A stretch of 64,000 nucleotides of DNA from Monocercomonoides exilis PA203 (Eukaryota; Protista; Preaxostyla), in contig LSRY02000002.1 in the NCBI GenBank assembly GCA_001643675.2, positions 868,001 through 932,000 of the forward strand, in the 5' to 3' direction. Numbering within the stretch: position 1 is the first letter of the stretch; each line of letters begins with the position of its first letter. Under the pieces are notes generated by a model. The model was not told the DNA's origin. It did not search any database and was given only the letters and a program-made list of their open reading frames with translations. The position numbers and the translations under genes are program-made. Of the stretch, positions 47,841 to 59,400 are shown piece by piece.

Positions 47841-50800
47841 ATGATACAAAAGCAACGTGTATATATATGTCTTATTGCGGCGTTTTCGCTTACTGTGACA
47901 TATGCAATCTTACAATCATTATCACAAGCTTATTCAACAAATAATTTCCCAATTTCTTTTTCGCCATACTTAAATAACCCTGTTATTGAATCACATTTTA
48001 ACGATATTCACAATGATATTAAGCCTTATTCAAACGTTGTGTTTATAATGTTTAACGGAATCTCCGAAAGACAAGCAAGTCCAATATACAAAGCTCTTGG
48101 ATCGACTTCACACCAATATATAATTAAAAGTCCTTTTTTAAAAAATCCAATTAACACAAAATTATCAGTTCTTTATGGATTTGATCCTCAGAGGCTTAGT
48201 CTTAGCCCAACTTTTTCCGATACTTTCATCAGCAATTTTGGAGCTTCACATAATTACTCGAAAATATCATTTAGACCAACTTTATTTTCGAATGCATCTA
48301 TTAAAAGAGAACCAATTATTGATCCTACAAGCACATTCGAATCATTTTTTAGCATTTTAGATAAAAATCAGAAATCAAACAGTTCCTTGTTTGTATTTTC
48401 GGAATGGCCTGACTATTTTCAATCTCAAGACCGTGAAGAAGTTATGGTATGGTAATCACTATTTGACTTTTCCTTTTTTATCCTGTTAACATTTACTAAA
48501 AAAGTTTAATTCTTCCAGACTCGGACCGTTTGATGTGATGCAGATTGCAAAAGATATGCAAAAGATAGCGAAGTGGATTGATGATCATCCCCAATACCTT
48601 CTGGTCATTTTAGACGGAGAAGGTCCTGACGAGCAATGTATGTCGAAAGCTCTTTTACTTCGAATTGACGCATCATTTCTTTCATGTAACAATTTAATTA
48701 ATCATACCAATTTTTTCATTACAAATTTGATTTGCTTCATTAACATCTTTCTCAGGCAAAATAACCCCAGACTCATTTCCAGTTCGTGTGAAAGGCGGCT
48801 GGAAAGAAGCTGGCGACGGGTGGATGGTGATCTACCACCCTTCACTTAAGTCATCCAGCCGAATCATCAACCTGGGCGATGTGGCAGCCACCTTGTCAAA
48901 AGTGCTTCCAGACACGCAAATACCGTTCTATTCAGTGGGGAGAACAGAAGCCATCCTCCAGTCAGCACTCGCTGAAGTGGTCGCCAAGCAGGAAAACTTG
49001 TACCAGCTGTGGAAACTTTGTGCTGCATCGACTTATCACTGTGATGGAAGCCTTCAACTGAATGAGACTGATTCAGTGGCTTCAAAGAAAACAATGAGAT
49101 CAAAATTAAGTAGCTTTTCTTCACTTTCATCATCATCATCATCATCATCATCATCTTCTTCTTCTTTCTCCTTCTCTTCCTTCATCAACAATGGCAATGG
49201 CAACAACAAGAGCAACACCTCTTCCTCTGATTCCGTCCTGGTTGACCGCAAATTCATATCACGTCTTGTTAATTTCGATGCATTCACTGTCTTTCCTCTG
49301 GGCATCTCTGCCGACGAGCTGGATGACATCGCTTCTGAGCGAGTAAACTCCACCGTCCTCACAAAAATCGAGGCAGCAGCGAAGCTCACGACATTTCTGG
49401 AATTCAACGACGACTTCACAAAGGCATACGAAATGCTGAAAAAGGCGATTGACACCCGCAACAAGTCGTCGATGAAGATGTTTTATGTGCTGATGTGCTC
49501 AACAGGGCTGGCTGTGGCTGTTGCTGGGGCGCTTCTCGACTTGTGTGTGATGTATGCGATCAAGAGCCCATCGCTAAACGAAGAAGCCTTCCAGGAAAAC
49601 GAGCTAAAAAAACGGATTGAAAAGGCGAAGGAACTGGAAAGTAGAGAAGCTGCTAATGTTGGAAATGAAGGGACAGTTGAGGCAAAAGAAGGCGATAACG
49701 AAGATAAACACAGTAGCAGTTCTGAAAATGAGAGAGATAAAAATAAAGATAAAGACCATGAAAATAACCACTCTGAAAACAACGAAGCAGCAGCAGCGGC
49801 ACCAACTGAAGAGCCACGTGTACATACTCCTTCACGCATCAGCAGCTTCAAGAGCATGCTGTCTGTCATCAACCCAATCAACATTGTGGTGTTTCTGTGT
49901 CTGTTCCTTCCGCTCAATCTACTCCCGTCGGCTTTCTTCTTCCACCTCCGCTTCCCTTCATTGAAACTATTCCACATGCTTGTCTCAATGGAGTCCATTT
50001 TGGCTTCTTTTCGGGCACTTGTACTTGGCGTGGCAGTGCTTCTTATCCTGTTCTCATTCATCCGCATCATTTCATACTTCATGCGTCCACTTCCACCACT
50101 CGTAATATCTTCATCATCTTCCTCTGCTTCTTCTGCTTCTGCATCCGCATCCGCTTCTGCTTCTGCCTCTTCTTCTTCTTCAGCATCATCTACCCGCCGT
50201 CGTCGTTCTGTTGGCATTTGCTCGCCTCGTGCAAAGCAGTTCTACTCATTCTGTTCTCCTCTTCTCGCTCTCATCTTCTACGGACTTGTATTCATTGCAG
50301 TTTATGTTTTATTCCCGTATTTCCCCGAATGGATCAACAAGCTGCAGCAGAAGTTACCGCCAACGACGCATTCTGCTGTGTGCTGTGTGCTGGTTGAGCA
50401 GACAATGCGATATGCGACTGTGATTGTGATGATAGTGGAGCTGCTAATTCCCTCGCTGTGCATTGTTATCAGAGGAGTGGTTGAGCACAGAAATAAAAGG
50501 ATTCGGATGGGCCGGTCGATTCGCATGGCAAACTCGAATCGCAGCTTCGGCTCGCTGTTTAATGATGAAGGCAACAGTGGAATGGATTCAGATGAGCAGC
50601 AGAAGAGGAAGGTCTGTGGCTGTATGGAGACGGTGGATAAGGAGAAAGAGGAAGACGATGCATTCATTGAGAAGGCTGACCAGAGGATGATTAGAGAGGC
50701 TGTGTCTCAAGGAAAAACATGGAAGGTCAGGTATTTGAAGACGAAGAAACTGCTGAGGAGCAGACAGGCTGTCTTAATGCAGCCGCTATCTGCTGCTTGG

Positions 50801-51507
50801 GCAACAACGGTTTTTTGTGCACTTGGTATGTATTTTCCAGGAGAATAGTTGAGTTTCAATTATTATTATTATTATTTGAAATAATCTTATTGATTACTTG
50901 GCATCTTTTGAAGAAACAAGAGAATTTTTATTTTTCAAAATTTGTATAAAATATATTTGTTTCATTTTTCTTCCTTTCTTATCAATTCTCTTTTCTTCTC
51001 GTTCTTCTTCTTCTTTTTGAAAAAATAAGATTTCTTTTCCATTCCAATCAGCGAAAGCAGCTACATCTTAGGGATGCATCCAGCAGGCGCATATGTCGTC
51101 ATAAGCAGTCTCATTGCCATGGTCATCATTGCTCTTTCTCGCCCTTCTCTCACCCGCCACACGCCTCTCCCCCGTCCTGCCTCTTTCTTCGCCACATTTC
51201 GCACGACATTTTCTGTTTACCACACTCTTTCTGAATCCTTCACAGCACACACTCCGTTCTTTGTCCCTTGCTTCTTCCTCATCTGCGCACTGTACATCTC
51301 ACAGCCTGTCTCTCTCATCGTCGCTGTGCTTTTCCTCCTCTTTATGAAAGTGATCGTCTACCCAGCAATTGGCATAACAGCAAACCTGCTGAGCCTCCAG
51401 CAGCGAGTGAATCTGCTCAACAAGCAGAAAAGAGAAAGCAAAAGAAGAGCTGCAAAACTGATGGCGCGGTTGAACCAAGGAGGAGAGTGTGCTGAGATTT
51501 ATATATT

Positions 51508-51558
<51 letters not shown>

Positions 51559-52900
51559 TTATTTCTTTTATTACTATTATTCTTGTTTCTCTCTTTCATT
51601 TATATATATTCTTATTTTTTAAATGTGTCATTTGTATTTTTTTGCCTTTGAATGTTCACATTTGTTAAGAATGAAAAAACAAATGAAAACAATAAAGACG
51701 AAGATAGCGGAAATGTTTACATCTGCCGAATCTGTTTTTGGAGTGGCACTTGTTGTTTCTTTAATCGCTCTCTGTTCTTTCAGCTTTGCCGGGTTTATGT
51801 ATTCAATGGGATACACTCCTCTATTTGATGTATGCACATAATTCTTTTCTTATTTTTTTGGAAAGTTTAACAATTGGTTTATTTCTTTTGAACAATGTAT
51901 CTTTTTTTATTGTTTCAAATGCTTTCTAATCATTAATTATTTTTCATTTTCTGTTTTCTGTTTAATGTTTTCTTTTCTTTTCTTTTTTTTCTACATCTAT
52001 TTTTCAAAGGTTGACTCATTCAGAACCTGGACTTTGTTCTACACGAAAGACAGTTCCATTGTTGAATACAACATCGCTGCACAGATTTTGTGGAAGTTTG
52101 GCATATGTCTGCTGAGTTTCTGTGACAACCAGTTTATCTCATCTGCTGCGCTTTATGCGATCGGCTTCCGCTTTGGAAGGAGACCAGGGCAGAAAAGGCG
52201 CCGCAGCGTTATCACAGCAGACGATGAGCAGGAGACAGAGTATGTTCTGCTGAAGGACAGCGGCGAGCAAACGGAGTTGTTGGAGATGGAAGGAGAGCCG
52301 ACGGGGCTGATGGATCTGCCGGATGCTGAGGAGCATGGGCAAGCTATTTTTGGAGAGAAGACTAAAGGACAAAGTGAATTTGGAGGGGAAAGGGCACTTG
52401 TAAAGAAGGAAGAAGGCAGATCACCTATTTTGTTACAAGGAGATTCTACTGCATCTTCTTCTTCACATTCCACCTCGCAAAATTCTTCATTGTCATCACC
52501 ATTCTCAAACACTTCAACTGCACCTCAGCAATATGCGCTCATTGAAGACGCAGAAGCCAAAATGAAAGCGGAGCCAAAGATTCTTCCAGCAAACTTTGGC
52601 GACATAAGCACAGAGAACTACTTCCTTCCAGAGGAGCTTGAAGAGCTCTCTTCGCCTCCTCTGTCCTTGTTTGAAACCCTCTTCCACCTGATGATGAATC
52701 TTCATCAGTTGTTCTTTTTCGTCTCGTCGCTCCTTGTTGGTGTTGGAGTCGTCAGCAATCTTCTGGAGGTTCCAAGCATCCCTGGAAACGAGCTTTCAAA
52801 CTCAATATACACACTTCTCGTGATTATCGAGTTTGCTATTATTTCGTTGTCAATTCCATCGATTTTCCGTGCATTTTCTCCTTTATCCATAAATCATTAA
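47841..52900 (+). CDS. PIG-O/PIG-G-like (alkaline phosphatase fold plus multi-TM) membrane protein, about 6 exons
   Basis: N-terminal anchor, VVFIMFNG strand, LLVILDGEG and INLGDVAATLSKVL..IPFYSVG (cf. QIDLVPTLSLLLG.PIPFS.LG), followed by many TM segments. ORFs link through GT-AG introns, e.g. 50826-51071. Confidence 0.5.
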
Positions 52901-53467
52901 AATTTTTTGAATTGTTTTGTGGTTAATTTTATTCTTTCGTTTGTGAAAATAACAAAAACAAGAACGATCTCTAAGATATAGAACAATTAAGGAACTGAAA
53001 AAACAGTCAAAAAGGCAAAGCTTCATTGCAAAAATTGGTACATGTCTTGCATAAAAATAAGACTCAACATAATGAATAATATAACTGTTTAACAGCAAAA
53101 TCAAACTCAACAAATTGAATCGATAAGAATGAATTTACTGGTAATAAAAAACCTAATAAATAATAATACATAAAATAAAAAAATTACTTATAAAAATACA
53201 TACAAAAAGAAAAAGTGAAAACAATGAAGAAATCTTTTAAAAACGTTTGTAAACTAATATTAAATGTATAATACAAAAAACATCTCGATAAAATGACTAA
53301 TTATTATAACAGTAACTTAAATAAATAAAAATAAAAATAAAAAAAATAAAAAAAAAAAAAAAATTAAACAATATTTCTAATATTATATTTTTAAAAAATG
53401 AATTATTAGCACAAAGAAAAGATAAAAAAAAAAAGTAAACAATCAACGCCTCTTCATAAATGCAGCG

Positions 53468-56400
53468 CTAAAATTCACTTGTGTCACTTCCAGCCTCCTG
53501 CTTTATTTGGTTGTTCGAACGATTCACATATGAAACATTGTAATCGACAGCATCAGACATTGTCAGCATAGCTGCATTATGAGGGAAATATTGAATGAAC
53601 TCCTTTTTCAGCTCAGAAAGAGCAAACCGAACTTTAGCACTTCCCGAAACACAATTCTTTATCAGCTTTTCGAATATTGACTCTTCCACGCTTTCAAAGT
53701 TTGGTCGCTCTCCATTCAGAATCTTCTGTCCAGCAATTGTTGGCTCATACTCTCCAAACGGGATCTGAAGCGTTAAGCATTCCCACAACATCATCCCAAT
53801 TGAAAATACAACAGTTTTCTTTGTCGCATGTTTCTTATCTCCATTTAGCAGTTCGGGTGCCTTCCATCTCAAGCATTCTTTCTTGTTGTCTTCATCATCC
53901 TCAAAGGCGGATGATGGCAGTGGTGAATTTCTGCCATTCTTACTTGTTGAATAACTAGAAGACGATGTGACGATGGTAGAGGACGAGATTGACGATGAAT
54001 CAGAATCAGAATCATCCTCCGAGCAATCTGAATGAAAAGCAATTGCAATGACCATGTGTTCAGAAAACAGAACAATGAGAGGGCTCAAATTGTCCAACGA
54101 TTGAAGAACTTCTTCATCGTCAAATGAGTGGAGCGCCCCATTCGCCACCCAGAACAATACCTGAGCGGCTGTCACTTCTCTTTCCTCTTGCGTTCCAATC
54201 CGCATTTCCTTCTTTTCATTCCTTCCATGAAGCAACATGAAAAGCGAATCCCTCAAATCCACAATCAGCTTCTCATGAGGAGACGAACATGCCATAGCAT
54301 CCACCAGATTCGACATTGATGAGGTGGTTGGACATAAACTCTCCGTTCTAACAAATGTTGTGTCTGTGTCCGTGGTCGAAACAGTTGAGGTGGATGAGAT
54401 GGATGGAGATGGAGTCCGCTCCCTTGAAATATCATCTTCTCCCTTCTCGTCAACCTTCTCCAGTATCCATTCTGGGATCTTGTCTGAGTCTTGCAAAAGG
54501 ATATTTTCAGTTGACCCACACTCTGCTAGCAGATACTGTGATGATTCTGAGTGTTCCATCTTCTTTCCACACATCCTCCTCTTCTGCATTTTCTCTTCAT
54601 TTCTTTTCTCTGCCTCTCTCTCTGCTTTTCTCCATTGCTCCTCCGGAGACATTTCCATCGTAACCATTTCAAATGCTTTCGGATCCTTCTTTATGTTATC
54701 ATTCACAATCTCTTCCAATTCTTTTGTTCTTCTCTTTTGTTTTCTCCATCGAACAATGAATATTATTGAAACAATAAGAACAATCAAAAGCACAATCGCC
54801 ATTACAACAACAACAATTGGCCACATTGATCTTTCTTTGTTTCCCACTTCAGATATTCTTTCATCTTCTTTTGGTTCAGATACACTTTTGTTCTTCAAAA
54901 TGAATGACTGTGTTGATGAAGGAGAATATGAATTACCAAATAGAATTTGAACACTCACTTCTATTTCATTTCCACAACTGCTGATAAGATCTTTTGCCAC
55001 ACTCCCTTCAACTTCTCTTTCTGACAAGTATCCATTTGAATCAAAATCATAATTTTCAATCTCTTTCTCTTCACCTTTCCTCTTTACAACTGAAAATGAC
55101 AGATTACACGGAACAAGAAGCAATCCTTTGAATGTCAATTTCATTCGATTTGCCTCTTCTTTTGCTTCCACGCTTTCCAGAACAGGAATGAAAAATAATG
55201 AATCCCTCTCTGAAACAATTCCTTCAAAGATGCACCTTTCATTCAACATCCAAAGTGATGTGTTTGGCAATATTCCATCACCACCTTTTAAACTTTTCAC
55301 ATTCAGTTGCGCATTGTCAGAGCAGTGAATATTTCTTCTCACAGATGGATAATTTTCCACAGACGGATTGTTGTTAGTGAACATTCCCATCTCGATCATC
55401 ACATTTCCTCCACTAACTTGAAGCCCTCCATTGGATGAATTCTCAATTTCTAAATCGTGAATAATTAGTGTGCAATTATCCGAAGAAAGCAAAGATCCAT
55501 TCCAATCGCAAATCTCATCAATGCCATTAAGCGCTTCGTAGAGATTTGCTTTTTCTTTTAAAGTATATCCATCAAACAGACACGAATCTAGTATTGTATC
55601 GGTGCAATTACATAAAGATACAGATTGGCCTTTAATACCAGATGAGGTGCAATTCTGGAAACTGTTGTTTTGTAAAAAGACGCATATCTTCGATGAACTA
55701 ACAGATATAGCACTTGAACCATCATTCTTGTTTGTAATGTTGGAGAAAGAAGAAAGTGAAAGCTTTATTAAATGCGTTTCTGCGTTATCTTCAATATGTT
55801 CATCACACGCAAAAATTATGCATCCATTGTTAATTTCAATATTTTTTGCGTTCACCCATTCAAAAGTTGCATTGCTGGTAGCTTTGTTCAACTTAATTAA
55901 TGAAAACGAACAGTTCACATTATTAAGATTTAATCTTGAAACATTCAACCCCGAACTTTCTTTATCGTTAATTAGAGAGGAGCCAAGTGAACAATTGAAG
56001 CAATCAAAACTTCGTATGTCCATGCTTCCCAAACCTCCACATTCCAAAAGTGGTTTCTGAAAGTTAAGACACTGCACTGAGCATGAATCAAAAACCGAAT
56101 GAGACAAGCTGATCGATGCCAGAGAAAATGGCAGAGTTACGGTCAATGCTGAAGGTTCAGCCTTGCTTTCGAATGAACAGGAAATAAAAGTTGTCTCACC
56201 AGATTTAAGAAGAAACAAGATCTGATGATCACTCAAAAATGATGTATTGAAAGAGAATAACTGGTTTTCTATTTCAACTATTCCATCACAACACACAATA
56301 TATTCCCTAGATTTCTCAATTCCAGAAGAAAATTGAAGAGAAGCTTGTTGCTTTGATACACTTCTAATCTGAAGATCTTCCAATTTACATTCAGCGTCAA

Positions 56401-59400
56401 TAAGCCCATTTTCTCTAATCACAATTCGACTGTTGAATGATTTGTCAAGATGATCTAATCCGCGATTTACTGTCAAACAAGGCGAGTTGACGCTGCCACA
56501 CATCTTTAGACTTGTTCCTCCACTTGATTCATCTCCAACGAAGATTGTATCGCTTCTGTAGCTCGCAACAAGATCGATGAGATTTCGATCTTCGTCATCG
56601 GCACTCATCAAACTGTCTCTTCCATATATTGCGTTCGACCTGTTATACACCGATTGATCGAGATTAAATTTAAATTGAGTTTCGTTAATTTGCCTATCGA
56701 GATTTGTGCAAAAGACAAAAATGTCTCTTCCAACAGCAGCGTCGTTCAGATGGAATGCATCATTGATGAATTCAAATGACAAATCTCCTTCACCACTGCA
56801 ATTAAGGTAGGTTGTTCCCCCTTTCCCTTTTGGTGCTTTGCACAACAAAAATATTGAGTTGGAAATCTTCACATTCATCCCTTCATTATATTCAACAAAC
56901 AACACCCCTCCCTTCAAAGAATTTTCGCTTTCACAACTTGTGAAATTTGTATTATTTACAAAAATAGATTGCCCAATTGCGCCGAACTCGTTTCTTAGAA
57001 TACTCGGATTGATATCTTCAAGTAATTCCTTCTGAAAGATCTCCTTTAGAGAACAGTCTTCAATATCAATTCGATTATTTTCGTTATTATATTTACCTAA
57101 ATTTTTCTTTCTTTGAGAAATAAGGCTTCCCTGTTTTAGAGTGATCCTTTCCATTTGGCAACATCTTAGCAAAGCATTTGCTTCTTCTTCAACAGTGATA
57201 ATGCCATCAGTGCTCCCTTCAACAGAAATAATATGCACATCATTCAAAGAAGCTACACCTGTGCTCTCAATGTGCAAAATACCACAAGTTGAAACAAATG
57301 ATGCCCATCCAATCCAACTTGATTCCATTTGCACTTCTCCTCCTTCAATATTGCACACCCATCTATTCCAACGGCTGGATGAGGTTGCTGATTTCTTCCC
57401 AAAAACACATTTGGCTACAATAAGTTTTCCAGTTTGCACTTGAATCAGGCTGAATTCGTCTGATAAAGAAAAATTAACAGTGAACATTAATTTCTCTATT
57501 TTTGACACTATCTCTGTGCTAGTTCCGCAAACATTTAGTTTTCCATGCTCATTTGTAATAATTTCTGTGTCTTCTATTTTCCCTAAAAGTTGTAGAAATG
57601 TTGTTCCCATGAGAATGTTCGTTTCAAGTTTTGTGCTGTTTTGAATAATGATGTTTTGCAATTGATTCACAAAAGAATCAATACTATATTGAACACTTTC
57701 GCAAGGAACAGCTTCCCATCCGCAGCGCTCATAATCGATGCCATTGTTATCAATATAGATTGTTTCATCCACTGGCTTTAACAAAAAGCAAATAAGAGAC
57801 GCGCTCAATGAACGATCAGGTGTCGAATCCATTAGCCACAGTTTTTCTTTGTGTTCAATGCTCTTTGTTGTTCCTTCCCATTTTTCAGATGTAATTGATA
57901 TTTCTGGTGAAGGTATTACAAGATAAACATCATCTCCAAGATTTGCTGTATTTTTATCAAATATTATATCTTTCATTAAATAAACAATCGAAGAAGATAC
58001 AAATGATAAATAAAATCCTCCTCCAAATCCATCTTCACTTGGAACGCGACACTCACTTACACTACAATTATGAATGATGATACTCCCTCCTTCTTCAACA
58101 CAACTTTTAATTGCACCTCCTTTCTTCAGAGAACCAGAACAAACGCAATTTTCGAATGAACAATTTTTCAGCTCTGTAACATTTCCATTTCCAATTTCAA
58201 TATTCATCACGCTTCCATCATCATTATCTCTCCAAATATTCATAAAAGTGTTATTTTCCAGCAAAGAAGAACTTTTATTATCTATATGAATCAATTCGAA
58301 GCGATGAGAGGTTGGGAATGTCATCAAAGTATTACTGAATGAGAAAAGATTGACTTCTGTTGCATACAGCAATCCTGTTGAGGCTGTTGTAGATGAACCA
58401 TTAAGAACCATTTTAGAAATGTCGATTGTTCCATAATGAAATGCAAAAGCCGAGCAGCTCAAAAATGATAGGTCCAAAACAGACACTTCAGTCAATGTAA
58501 CAGATCCGCCGTTTGAAGATAAAAGAGAATAAGGAAGAGATGTTGAAGAATCTTCTGTTGATGATAACAAAAACGAACAGACACTAAATTCTGTTTTTGA
58601 TTCAGATAAAGAAAGAGAAGAAATTATAAATGAGGTCCTTCCATTTAAAGAAGAAGGAAGAATGAAAGAAATTCCTTTAAAGCTTGTTGAAAGAAATAAT
58701 GAAAGTAGTCCATTATTTTCTTTTGGAGAAGATGCATTGACGTGGATGGCAACAGGGGTATCGTTTTTTCCGATTTCGTATTCCTTTCCGTTAAATTCCA
58801 TCTCGTGATCAAATGAAAAAGCAGAACTTAAAACTATCACTCTTTTAATCCCAACGAAATGGAGATCAACTGCTCTTTCAATTGTTTCACAAGGAAAATC
58901 GGCAAACCCACAAGCGCTAAAATCCATTCCCTCGCTTCCATTAACAAAAGCGGAGCCTGCAAACTCACGATAGAAGCAAACAAGAGGTATCGTAAATTCA
59001 TTGCTAACTGATCTTTCCAAACCAGAAAAAGCAAGCTGATCATTCAAATCCATTGAGAAGTTGAACGTTTGATTATTCACAACATTTTTTAAGATGTTTG
59101 CATCAACAAACAAGTTTTTTCCTTTTTCCGCTACACATTGCTGAAATGATATGCTTTTTAAAGCAAAGGCGCAACTGTCATCCGACAAAAATAGAAACAA
59201 CCCTCCTCCGTATCCCTTTCCCAAGTTCTGCCCATTTTGTGCAGCGCAATTCAAAAAAGTTCTGCCGCTATATGGACTATTAATTTCAAAATATCCTTCA
59301 TTCTCAACACGCACGTTTAACCCACCTCCACATCCATCTTCGCATGAGCAATCCTCAATAAAACAATTTGAGAAAATAATTGATCCCCCAGTATTTGCAA

